Origin: an uncultured Actinomycetota bacterium | GTDB taxonomy: Bacteria; Actinomycetota; Actinomycetes; Propionibacteriales; Propionibacteriaceae | Assembly: GCA_963797165.1 (NCBI GenBank) | Contig: CAWCOM010000010.1 | Span: forward strand, 266,578 to 330,577 | DNA: 64,000 nt | Reading direction: 5' to 3' | Part shown: positions 54,482 to 63,581 of the stretch, in pieces | Layout of the letters: the number at the start of each line of letters is the position of its first letter | Numbering within the stretch: position 1 is the stretch's first letter | Made by a program: the position numbers and the translations under genes | Notes under the pieces: model-generated | What the model was told of the DNA's origin: nothing | Seen by the model: the letters and a program-made list of their open reading frames with translations, nothing else | Databases searched by the model: none

Positions 54482-54554
54482 CCGGTCAGCTCCTGTTTGA
54501 TGGGGTTCGGGTGGTATTGGGTTCGGTCGGGTTTCGGTTCGATGGGCGCAGGTG

Positions 54555-55484
54555 TCAGCCTTTGACGCCCGAGGAGGCGATGGAGTTGATGAACGAACGC
54601 TGGAAGGCGATGAACAGCACCAGGATCGGCACGGTGATCATGGTCGCATAGGCCATGATCTGACCCCAGGAGACGTTCAGCTGCTTGAAGTAGTCGATGC
54701 CGACCATGACGGGGCGCAGCTCCTCGGTCTGGACGACCATCAGGGGCCACAGGTACTGGTTCCAGGCCGGCAGGAAGGTGAGGATGGCTACGGTCGCGAC
54801 GGCCGGTCCGGAGAGCGGCATGATGATGCTCCGGTAGATCCGGAACCAGCCGGCCCCGTCGACGGTGGCTGCTTCGTCGAGACTCTTCGGGATGGAGTCG
54901 AAGTACTGGTAGAAGAGGAAGATCGCGAACGCGTTCGCGATGAACGGGACGATCTGGATCTGGTAGGTGTCGAGCCAGCCTTGGGAGTAGCCGTTGACGA
55001 AGTCGTAGAACGGCAGCTTGTTCGACCACCACAGCAGGGGGAGCGCCATCGTCTCGAACGGCACGATCAGGGTGGCGAGGATGATGCCGAGGATCAGTTT
55101 CTGGCCGGTGAAGGTGATCCGGGACAGGGCAAAGGCGGCCATCGAGTTCACGATCAGGCCCAGGCCGACCGTCACCACCGAGATGAGGATCGAGTTCATC
55201 ATGAACGTGGCGAACGGCACCCGATCGAAGACGCCCCGGTAGTTGTCGAGGGTGAGGTCGCCGACCGGGAGAAACGCCTTGATGCTGGTCAGGTCGGCGA
55301 AGATCTGGAGATCGGGTTTGAAACTGGAGATGATCAGGAACAGCAGCGGCAGCCCGAACACTCCACAGAGCAGGATCCGGCCGACGTAGCCGAGCACCAG
55401 CCGGCCGGTGTGCTTCTTCTCCCCGGCTTCGTGGACGGCGGCCGTGGTGGGGGTGTCGGCGACGTGTGCGGCGATCTCGGGCAT
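54555..55484 (-). CDS. Carbohydrate ABC transporter permease
   Basis: IPKSLDEAATVDGAG (EAA loop), WNQYLWPL. Confidence 0.93.
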   Translation of the reverse strand: MPEIAAHVADTPTTAAVHEAGEKKHTGRLVLGYVGRILLCGVFGLPLLFLIISSFKPDLQIFADLTSIKAFLPVGDLTLDNYRGVFDRVPFATFMMNSILISVVTVGLGLIVNSMAAFALSRITFTGQKLILGIILATLIVPFETMALPLLWWSNKLPFYDFVNGYSQGWLDTYQIQIVPFIANAFAIFLFYQYFDSIPKSLDEAATVDGAGWFRIYRSIIMPLSGPAVATVAILTFLPAWNQYLWPLMVVQTEELRPVMVGIDYFKQLNVSWGQIMAYATMITVPILVLFIAFQRSFINSIASSGVKG

Positions 55485-56425
55485 CAGCGGGCGTCCTTGT
55501 CTCGGGTGACGTAGCGATTGATCAGGGTGACGATCAGCACCAGGGCGAAGAAGACGAGAGAGATGGCGGAGGCGTAGCCGGTCTGCTGCTGCTGGAACCC
55601 GACCCGGACAGCCATGAAGACAAGCGTGGTGGTCGAGTCCAGGGGACCGCCCTGGGTCATCAGGTTGACCTGGGCGAACAGGCTGAACGCGGCGATGGTG
55701 ATGGTGATCAGGATGAACACCGCGGTCGGTCGTAGCCCCGGCCAGGTGACGTGCTGGAACTGCTGCCACTTGGTGGCGCCGTCGATCTCGGCGGCCTCGT
55801 ACAGCTCGCCGGGAATGGTCTGCAGGCCGGACAGCCAGATGATCATGTGCATCCCGCAGGCCTGCCAGATCGAGAGCACGATGATCGCGAACAGTGCCGT
55901 GTTCGGATTGCCGAGCCAGTCCGGGCCCTGGATGCCGAACCGGGCGAGCACGGAGTTGATCAGGCCGTCGGGCTGGTACATGAACAACCACAGCATCGAC
56001 ACCACGACGATGGAGGTCACCACGGGCAAGAAGTAGACGGTGCGGAAGAAGTTCGTGCCGCGGATCTTCGTGTTCACCAGGACGGCCAAGCCGAGGGCGA
56101 CCGCCGACTGGATCGGGACGATGACGATGGCGAAGACGATGGTGTTCTGCAGCGAGTGCCAGAAGGTCTCGTCGCTGAACAGCCGGACGAAGTTGTCGAG
56201 GCCGACGAAGGTCGCGGGCCTCGGCGAGATCAGCCGGGCATTCGTGAATGCCAGGATGAACGTCAGGATGATCGGGATGATCAAGAACGTGATCAGCAGC
56301 ACGCCGGCTGGCACGAGCATCAGCCATGCGATGGTGGCGGGGCTGCGGCCGATCGGCTTGCTGCCACGGGGCGGTGCAGCGGTCGCGGCGGCGACCGGTG
56401 TCGGGTCTGTTTCGATGGTGCTCAC
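55484..56425 (-). CDS. Carbohydrate ABC transporter permease
   Basis: FVGLDNF, GLQTIPGELYEAAEIDGA, MTQGGP; AGGAG RBS before GTG 56425. Confidence 0.93.
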   Translation of the reverse strand: MSTIETDPTPVAAATAAPPRGSKPIGRSPATIAWLMLVPAGVLLITFLIIPIILTFILAFTNARLISPRPATFVGLDNFVRLFSDETFWHSLQNTIVFAIVIVPIQSAVALGLAVLVNTKIRGTNFFRTVYFLPVVTSIVVVSMLWLFMYQPDGLINSVLARFGIQGPDWLGNPNTALFAIIVLSIWQACGMHMIIWLSGLQTIPGELYEAAEIDGATKWQQFQHVTWPGLRPTAVFILITITIAAFSLFAQVNLMTQGGPLDSTTTLVFMAVRVGFQQQQTGYASAISLVFFALVLIVTLINRYVTRDKDAR

Positions 56426-56530
56426 GGGAGTGCTCCTGAAGGTTTCCGCGGCGGACGGCGTCGGGATCGCCCGCGTGATCACTGCGCAGCTAGCTGCTTG
56501 CGACTCTCGGGCTGATGAGGCGATGGGTGG

Positions 56531-56563
56531 TCGATGGTCCGGGCGCCGAGCCCGGACCATCGA
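56531..56563. terminator. Strong intercistronic stem-loop after the solute-binding protein gene
   Basis: Perfect 14-bp inverted repeat TCGATGGTCCGGGC-N5-GCCCGGACCATCGA; typical position of an SBP mRNA stabiliser/attenuator. Confidence 0.7.
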
Positions 56564-56602
56564 CGCGGGTGTCACTGGAAGTACGCGGGTGTCACTGGAA
56601 GT
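56563..56602. repeat. 20-bp tandem duplication spanning the SBP stop codon
   Basis: ACGCGGGTGTCACTGGAAGT twice, head to tail. Confidence 0.9.
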
Positions 56603-57896
56603 AGTTGTTGGACTTCTGGTTGGCGTCGATGTCCTTGGTCAACTGGTCCAGGGCCTGCTGGGGGTCGGCGCCGTTGAGGATGTCCTGCGCCGTCTTGGTG
56701 AAGCCGGTGGAGATGAAGGTGTAGCCCGGGGTGACCGGTCGGAGCTCGGCGTACTTCTTGGAGAGCTGCCGGAACACGTCGTTGTCCTCGCCGGGTCCGT
56801 AACCCTCGACCTGGGCGGCCGCCGCGTCGGTGGCAGGGATGTTGGTGGTCGCCTTGGCCACGGAGGCCACGTACTTGTCCTGAGCGGCGAACTTCAGGTA
56901 GTCGGCAGCACCCTCGGGACTGGAGCAGGTGGTGGACATGCCCCACTGCCAGGAGCCGCCGCCGATCTTCGGACCGTTGCCGAAGTCCGGCGGGGGCAGG
57001 AAGACGATGTCGTCACCGAACTTCTTGCGGCCGTCCACCGCACCCCAGGAGCCGTTCCAGATGATCGCGGTCTTGCCGTTGAGGAAGTCCTTGCTGGCAT
57101 CCGCGCTGGACTTCGCCGGGATGTACTTGTCCGTGACCAGGCTGCGGAACCACTTCGCCCACGCAACGGCCTGCGGGCCGTTCAGCACGCCTTCGGCGCT
57201 CTTGTAGTCGCTGCGGTTGATCAGGTCTCCGCCGAAGCTCTGCAGGAACGGGGAGTACGCGTACGGCCACCACTCACCGGTGTTACCGGTCTGCATGTCC
57301 AGCGCATAGTCGAAGTCTCCACTGGCCTTGAGCTTGGCCAGCGCGTCGTTGAACTCCTGGCCGGTCCACGGTTTGTCCATGGTCGGGATCCTGATGTCGT
57401 TCTTGGTCAGGGTCGACTTGAGCGTCGTCATGTTGAGAGCGACGTCGTAGTAGCCGTAGGAGTAGGTCTTGCCGTCCCACTTGCCGATCACCGAGGGCAG
57501 GAACTTCGAGAGTGTGTCATCCATGCCCTCGATCGGTGCGAGGTAGCCGCCCCAGGCCCAGTTCGGCACGTTCGGGCCATCGATGTCGAGAACGCAGGGG
57601 AGCTTCTTGGCGGCGGCGGCAGCGACCACAGACTGGTTGTATGAGTCCTGTGGGAATGCCTGGACCTCGACCTTGTAGTTGGTCTGGCTCGCGTTGTAGT
57701 CCTTGACGATGGCGTTGATCGAGTCGAGCTCGGCCTTGTTGCCGGCGTTGTGAGTCCACATGCTGACGGTCTTGGTGCCGCCGGACTCTTCGCTGCTGCT
57801 GCTGGTGGATCCGCCCTTGGCGCAGGCGGTGAGCGTCAGGGGCAACGCGGCTAGGATCGTGACCGCGAGGCCTTTGACGATGCGATTCTTCTTCAC
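56592..57896 (-). CDS. Sugar ABC transporter substrate-binding lipoprotein
   Basis: Lipobox LTAC followed by a Ser/Gly linker; DIDGPNV, GGGSWQW; GGAGG RBS. Confidence 0.93.
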   Translation of the reverse strand: MKKNRIVKGLAVTILAALPLTLTACAKGGSTSSSSEESGGTKTVSMWTHNAGNKAELDSINAIVKDYNASQTNYKVEVQAFPQDSYNQSVVAAAAAKKLPCVLDIDGPNVPNWAWGGYLAPIEGMDDTLSKFLPSVIGKWDGKTYSYGYYDVALNMTTLKSTLTKNDIRIPTMDKPWTGQEFNDALAKLKASGDFDYALDMQTGNTGEWWPYAYSPFLQSFGGDLINRSDYKSAEGVLNGPQAVAWAKWFRSLVTDKYIPAKSSADASKDFLNGKTAIIWNGSWGAVDGRKKFGDDIVFLPPPDFGNGPKIGGGSWQWGMSTTCSSPEGAADYLKFAAQDKYVASVAKATTNIPATDAAAAQVEGYGPGEDNDVFRQLSKKYAELRPVTPGYTFISTGFTKTAQDILNGADPQQALDQLTKDIDANQKSNNYFQ

Positions 57897-58049
57897 TGGT
57901 CCTCCATTGGGTAGAGAAGGTCCGGCCTGGTGCCGGTCCGAGCGCGTCCGCGCCAACGGGCACGCTCAGCTTGGGTGGGTGCTCGCCGGCGTTGCCGCGC
58001 CGGCGAGGCCTTGCAGGTGTTACGTCGAGATGGTCGTGAGTCGGCTCGC

Positions 58050-59090
58050 CTACGGCGGTCCGACGATCGGCCGCGGCGCGCTGACCGATCCGCGACTGAC
58101 CAGTGGACAGGTGAGCAACGCGTGACGTGGCGATGCCGGCTCGCTGCCGGCGTCGATCTGCTCGAGCAGGGTGCGGACGGCCCAACGACCCATCTCGTAG
58201 TGCGGCAGCGCGACGGTGGTCAGACCCGGCCGGAGGCTGTCGGAGATCAGTTCCTGATCATCGAAGCCGACCACCGAGAGATCACGGGGGATCGACAGGC
58301 CGAGCTCTGCCGCAGCTTGGTAGACCCCGAACGCGGTCCGGTCGTTGAAGCAGAAGATGGCGGTCGGTGCTTCCTCGTTGCCGAGCAGCTGATGTGCCCC
58401 GTCGAAGCCGCCGTGGGCATCGGCAGAACGCTCGACCACGTGCGCCGGTTCGAACGGCACGCCGTAGACCTCGAGCGCCTGACGAAAACCCGCCATCCGG
58501 AGATGCTTGGCCGGGATGTCGTCGTGAGTGCTGACGTACGCGATCCGGCGGTGCCCGGCGGCGAGCAGCTCCTGGACGGCGGTGCGCGCTCCACCGACCT
58601 CGTCGGGCACCACAGAGCTGATGGCACGGTCGGTGCTGCGGGCGTCGAGCAGCACGGCCGGTCCGTCGGCGAGATTCGACGGTGGCGTGACGACCCGGTG
58701 GTAGTAGAGCGCGTAGACGATGCCGTCCACCTGGCGCTCACGCAGCACCTCGACCTCGCGCTCCTCCAGATCGGGGTCGCCGCCGGAGTTGAGCAGAACG
58801 AGCATCGAGCCGGCCTCTTCCGCCGCGTCCTGCGCACCGATGATCATGCGCCCGGCGAACGGGGTGGTCGAGACCCGGTCGGAGAGGAAGCCGATCATGC
58901 CGCTGCGCTGGGTGCGCAGACCGCGGGCCAGCTGGTTGGGCCGGTACAGCAGCTCCTCGGCCGCTGCCAGCACCCGAGCCCGGGTCTGCGGGTTGACCCG
59001 CTTGCCGGGGACCTCGTTCAGCACGTGGGACACCGTGGTGACGGAGACGCCGGACCGTTCGGCGACATCCTTCAGGGTGGCCCGCGACAT
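58050..59090 (-). CDS. LacI-family regulator
   Basis: ATLKDVAERSGVSVTTVSHVLN, YRPNQLARGL, PTAIFCFND, SVVGFDD, LTTVALPHYEMG. Confidence 0.95.
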   Translation of the reverse strand: MSRATLKDVAERSGVSVTTVSHVLNEVPGKRVNPQTRARVLAAAEELLYRPNQLARGLRTQRSGMIGFLSDRVSTTPFAGRMIIGAQDAAEEAGSMLVLLNSGGDPDLEEREVEVLRERQVDGIVYALYYHRVVTPPSNLADGPAVLLDARSTDRAISSVVPDEVGGARTAVQELLAAGHRRIAYVSTHDDIPAKHLRMAGFRQALEVYGVPFEPAHVVERSADAHGGFDGAHQLLGNEEAPTAIFCFNDRTAFGVYQAAAELGLSIPRDLSVVGFDDQELISDSLRPGLTTVALPHYEMGRWAVRTLLEQIDAGSEPASPRHALLTCPLVSRGSVSAPRPIVGPP

Positions 59091-59117
59091 CGGTGTCCTT
59101 CGGTGTGTGGATGCTTT

Positions 59118-59133
59118 GCCAAATCCTTTTGGC
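59118..59133. promoter_or_regulatory. Possible LacI-type operator upstream of the lacI-SBP operon
   Basis: GCCAAA-TCCT-TTTGGC palindrome 28 nt upstream of the ATG. Confidence 0.4.
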
Positions 59134-59406
59134 TCTGACGGGAGAAACTGTGCCCTAACACGTGAGAGTCTGTCAAGGCACTCGGAGGTAGTTCGCGAAA
59201 ACTCCTGCAAAAGAGGCGCGTTGCCATATGTTGAGGTGTTGGATGCCCAACCGTTTATTCACAGCTTGACTAGGTCATTCATCTCGATGATCCGGACTCC
59301 TGGACTCTTCAGGTCGCATCTTGCGTCGCCCACCGGGTCGACGCGGGCGAGTCCGCCGAGAGGCGACCGGTCGTCGAGGATGCGGGAGACGCCCTAGGCT
59401 TGCGGC

Positions 59407-60690
59407 GTGAGTGATGGATTGACGGTTCTGATCGTCGGCTCCGGAGGGCGTGAGCACGCGCTGGCTCTGGCGCTCCACCGCGATCCGCGGGTGACGGCGG
59501 TGCATGTCGGACCTGGCAACCCAGGCAGCGGCGCGGTGGCGATCAACCATCCGGTCGACATCCTCGATGGCGTTGCGGTCGCCCGACTGGCGACAGAGGT
59601 GGGTGCCGATCTGGTGGTCGTCGGGCCCGAGGCGCCCCTGGTCGCGGGGGTCGCCGATGCGGTCAGAGCCGCGGGTATCGCGTGCTTCGGCCCGTCCGCG
59701 GCGGCGGCAAAGATCGAGGGCAGCAAGGCCTTCGCCAAGGACGTGATGACGGCAGCAGGGGTGCCGACCGCGGCCGCCCGGGTATGCGACACAGCAGAGC
59801 AGGTGGCCGCCGCGCTGGACGAGCTCGGGCCCCCGTACGTGGTCAAGGACGACGGACTCGCCGGCGGCAAGGGGGTGGTCGTGACCTCGGACCGACAGGC
59901 CGCCCTCGACCATGCCGGGACCTGCGACCGGGTCGTCGTCGAGGAGTTCCTCGACGGCCCCGAGGTCAGCCTGTTCGGCATCACCGACGGCACCACCGTG
60001 CTGGCGATGCAGCCGGCTCAGGACTTCAAACGCGTCGGCGAGGACGACAGCGGGCCGAACACCGGTGGCATGGGTGCGTACACCCCCTTGCCGTGGGCGC
60101 CCGACGACCTGGTCGAGGAGGTCACCCGCACGGTTCTCCGGCCGACCATCGAGGAGATGGCCAGACGCGGAACGCCCTTTGCAGGACTCTTGTACGCGGG
60201 TCTGGCGCTGACCAGCCGCGGCGTCCGGGTGATCGAGTTCAACGCCCGGTTCGGCGATCCCGAGACCCAGCCACTGCTCGCTCGACTGGCCACCCCCCTC
60301 GGCGGGTTGCTGCTGGCCGCGGCGACCGGAGGGCTGGCCCATCACCCACCGCTGCAGTGGCGTCCCGACTATGCGGTCGGCGTCGTCCTCGCCGCGCAGA
60401 ACTATCCGGGGACGCCGGTCATCGGCGGGGTGATCGACGGACTGGCCGCGGCGGCCGACGCGGGGCGTCTGGTCGTGCAGGCGGGCACCGCCCACGACTC
60501 GGATGGCCGGGTGGTCAGCTCCGGTGGGAGAGTGCTCACCGTGGTGGGACTGGGCGAGGACCTGCTCGCGGCCCGCGCGGCCGCGTACGAAGGCATCTCC
60601 GGGATCGAGCTGGAAGGATCCTTCTATCGACGTGACATCGCGGAGAAGGCGGCGGCCGGTCTGGTGAGCGTGAAGGGAGTCCGGGCATGA
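59407..60690 (+). CDS. purD: Phosphoribosylamine--glycine ligase
   Basis: GSGGREHAL, VVGPEAPL, EGSKAFAK, GGKGV, GPNTGGMGAY, EFNARFGDPE, GGRVL. Confidence 0.97.
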   Translation: MSDGLTVLIVGSGGREHALALALHRDPRVTAVHVGPGNPGSGAVAINHPVDILDGVAVARLATEVGADLVVVGPEAPLVAGVADAVRAAGIACFGPSAAAAKIEGSKAFAKDVMTAAGVPTAAARVCDTAEQVAAALDELGPPYVVKDDGLAGGKGVVVTSDRQAALDHAGTCDRVVVEEFLDGPEVSLFGITDGTTVLAMQPAQDFKRVGEDDSGPNTGGMGAYTPLPWAPDDLVEEVTRTVLRPTIEEMARRGTPFAGLLYAGLALTSRGVRVIEFNARFGDPETQPLLARLATPLGGLLLAAATGGLAHHPPLQWRPDYAVGVVLAAQNYPGTPVIGGVIDGLAAAADAGRLVVQAGTAHDSDGRVVSSGGRVLTVVGLGEDLLAARAAAYEGISGIELEGSFYRRDIAEKAAAGLVSVKGVRA

Positions 60691-62117
60691 GCGTTCCCAA
60701 CGTACTGGCGAATCGGTACGCCTCCGCGGGCATGCGGGAGGTCTGGTCACCCGAGCGCAAGATCATCGCCGAGCGACAGCTGTGGATCGCCGTGCTGAGC
60801 GCGCAGCGAGATCTCGGTGTGGACTTCGGAGGAGCCGATCCGGACGAGGTGATCGCTGCGTACCAAGCCGTCGTCGAGCAGGTCGATCTCGCGAGCATCG
60901 CCGAGCGGGAGCGGATCACCCGGCACGACGTCAAGGCGCGGATCGAGGAGTTCAACGCCCTGGCCGGGTTCGAGCACATCCACAAGGGGATGACCAGTCG
61001 GGACCTGACGGAGAACGTCGAGCAGCTCCAGATCGTCTCTTCCCTCGGCATCATCCGGGACAAGATCATCGCCACCCTGGTGCAGCTGTCCCGGCTCGCC
61101 GCGCAGTATGCGGCTCAGCCGATCGCCGGTCGCTCGCACAACGTCGCGGCCCAGGTCACGACACTCGGCAAGAGATTTGCCACCGCCGCCGAAGAGCTGC
61201 TGATCGCCGACGCCCGAGTGGCCGAGCTGATCGCCCGCTACCCGCTCCGGGGCATCAAGGGCCCGGTCGGCACCGGTCAGGACATGCTCGATCTGGTCGA
61301 CGGTGACGCCGAGCGCCTCGCAGCTTTGGAGACTCGGATCGCCGATCACCTCGGCTTCGCACATGTCTTCATCTCGACCGGGCAGGTGTATCCGCGGTCC
61401 TTGGACTACGACGTGGTCACCGCCCTCGCCCAGGTTGCCGCCGCGCCCTCCAACGTGGCGACCGGCATTCGCCTGATGGCCGGTGCAGAACTGGTCACCG
61501 AGGGCTTCCGACCCGGCCAGGTCGGGTCCAGCGCGATGCCGCACAAGATGAACACCCGATCCTGCGAACGGGTCAACGGCTTGTCAGTGATCATCCGCGG
61601 CTACGTGTCCATGGTCGGTGAGCTCGCCGGCGACCAGTGGAACGAGGGCGACGTGTCCTGCTCGGTCGTCCGTCGGGTGGCTCTGCCCGATGCATTCTTC
61701 GCACTGGACGGCCTGTTCGAGACCTTCCTGAGTGTGCTGGCAGACTTCGGGGCCTTCCCGGCGGTGATCGAGGCCGAGCTGCAGCGCTACCTGCCGTTCC
61801 TGACCACCACCAAGGTGTTGCTGGCCGCGGTCCGGAAGGGCGTCGGCCGGGAAGAGGCGCACGAGGCGATCAAGGAGCACGCCGTCGCCGTCGCGCTGGC
61901 GATGCGCGAGGGCCAGAAGATCAATGACCTGTACGACCGGCTCGCCGCCGATCCTCGACTGAAGCTGTCCCGCTCCGAGCTGGACGATCTCGTCGCCAGC
62001 CCGATGGAGCTCGCCGGCACCGCCCAGCAGCAGGTCGCCCGGCTCGTCGACCGGATCGAGACGCTGGCCGCCGAGCACCCCGACGCGGCCGCGTACCAGC
62101 CCGGGCTGGTTCTCTAG
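60687..62117 (+). CDS. purB: Adenylosuccinate lyase
   Basis: NRYAS, RHDVKARIEEF, GRSHNVAAQ, GSSAMPHKMN (fumarase/ASL signature). Confidence 0.97.
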   Translation: MSVPNVLANRYASAGMREVWSPERKIIAERQLWIAVLSAQRDLGVDFGGADPDEVIAAYQAVVEQVDLASIAERERITRHDVKARIEEFNALAGFEHIHKGMTSRDLTENVEQLQIVSSLGIIRDKIIATLVQLSRLAAQYAAQPIAGRSHNVAAQVTTLGKRFATAAEELLIADARVAELIARYPLRGIKGPVGTGQDMLDLVDGDAERLAALETRIADHLGFAHVFISTGQVYPRSLDYDVVTALAQVAAAPSNVATGIRLMAGAELVTEGFRPGQVGSSAMPHKMNTRSCERVNGLSVIIRGYVSMVGELAGDQWNEGDVSCSVVRRVALPDAFFALDGLFETFLSVLADFGAFPAVIEAELQRYLPFLTTTKVLLAAVRKGVGREEAHEAIKEHAVAVALAMREGQKINDLYDRLAADPRLKLSRSELDDLVASPMELAGTAQQQVARLVDRIETLAAEHPDAAAYQPGLVL

Positions 62118-62136
62118 ATAGATAGTCCGCGTTGTT

Positions 62137-62227
62137 CCCGCGGGCAGGGCGCTGGTGGCAGCTCCCCCTGGATCCCCCGATCCCCCCTTGTTCCCCGATT
62201 GTCTGCCACCAGCCCCCAGCCCGCGGG
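62137..62227. other. Large stem-loop after purB whose loop is a C-tract/G-quadruplex motif
   Basis: CCCGCGGGC/GCCCGCGGG and GCTGGTGGCAG/CTGCCACCAGC arms; the loop has C5-N5-C5-N3-C6-N5-C4 (62164-62196). Confidence 0.6.
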
Positions 62228-62780
62228 AGCGTTGATAGTGCTGTCGAAAATGCGCGGATGAATTGCCGGTTCGGCGATATTCGGCGGCGAGCGTGGACCA
62301 TTGATTTCTTGAAATTCTCAACAGCTCGAATATGACGTCAAGGCGTGCTCGCACCCGCATCGACCGGCGGTGGGCACGTCAAACGGAACTACAGTCTTCG
62401 CTGTTGCAGGCGGTCGGTGCTCTCCACTGTGGTTGGCGGAACGCCCGTGACAATGTCGTTGCCGCTAAGCCCTGAGCGGCAAATCGTGCGGCGGAGCCAA
62501 GCTCTTCGAGGACCGATCCTTGCGTGGCCGATGCCGGCTCACCATGACGATCAACATTTGTCTTTCACCCCTTGACTGGCCTCCAGAACAATCCTGGTTG
62601 TGAATTTCACCAGACCGAATTTCTGGTCTTGTGTGATCCGTTGAATTGAACATACAGCGACCCGACCGCGGCCTGCCAGCAAATGCAATAGCAACTTTCG
62701 GACATGTCCCAAAGAGGACATCGGACCGGACTTGGGACGTTTCGCCGGTTGACTGCGCGTTGTCGAGCACCTAGCGTCGG

Positions 62781-63581
62781 GTGATTGTGCGCCGATACAC
62801 CGAACTCGCTGCGGCGGAGTTCAGGCGCTACAGCACGTACCGGCTGGCGGTGCTGGCCGGGGTGGTGACTCAAGGCGTGTTCGGGTTCATCAGGGTGAGC
62901 GTGCTGTTCGCGGCGCTGGCTGCCGCCGGCGGGACGCTCATGGGGTACGACAAGCTGCAGGCGTCGACGTACGTCTGGCTTGGCCAGGCCCTGCTTGCGC
63001 CACTCGCGCTCTTCGCCTGGACAGAGATCGCTGACCGGGTGCGGACCGGCGAGATCGCCGTCGACATCGCCCGACCGGTGGATCTGCAGCTCGGCTGGTG
63101 GGCTCGCGATCTCGGTCGGGCGAGCTTCCAGCTGCTGAGTCGCGGACTGCCGCCGCTACTGATCGGCGCGCTCACCGTTGGCCTGGCCCTGCCGGCGTCG
63201 TGGACCGCCTATCCGCTGGGTGTGGTGAGCGTGCTGCTCGCGTTGTCGATCAGCTTCACGTTGCGCTACCTGCTCAACCTCATCGCGTTCTGGAGCGTCG
63301 ACATCCGCGGCTTCATCGGCCTCTACTTCGTCGTGGTCGCGCCGCTCTGTGGCCTGGTCGTACCCGTCCATCTCTTCCCGGACTGGCTGCGCACGATCGC
63401 GTACGCGACCCCCTTCCCGTCCATGCTCCAGGTTCCCGTCGATGTGCTGTCGGGTCGTGTGCTCGGTCTGGCCGCGATCGAGCAGGTGATCATGCAGCTC
63501 GGCTGGCTCGTGGCGGTGGTCGTGCTGGCCCGGGTCGTCACCTGGCGCGGTGCCCGCCGGCTGGTGGTGCAGGGTGGCTGA
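62781..63581 (+). CDS. ABC-2-type exporter permease
   Basis: AEFRRYSTYR, IADRVRTGEIAVDIARP, GLVVPVHLFPDWL, TPFPSML, RRLVVQGG. Confidence 0.9.
   Translation: MIVRRYTELAAAEFRRYSTYRLAVLAGVVTQGVFGFIRVSVLFAALAAAGGTLMGYDKLQASTYVWLGQALLAPLALFAWTEIADRVRTGEIAVDIARPVDLQLGWWARDLGRASFQLLSRGLPPLLIGALTVGLALPASWTAYPLGVVSVLLALSISFTLRYLLNLIAFWSVDIRGFIGLYFVVVAPLCGLVVPVHLFPDWLRTIAYATPFPSMLQVPVDVLSGRVLGLAAIEQVIMQLGWLVAVVVLARVVTWRGARRLVVQGG

Noticed and set aside
62345-62575. 76-aa ORF in the low-GC region as a leader peptide
   Set aside because: No clear RBS, weak GC3 bias and no recognisable motif; not supportable without Ribo-seq.
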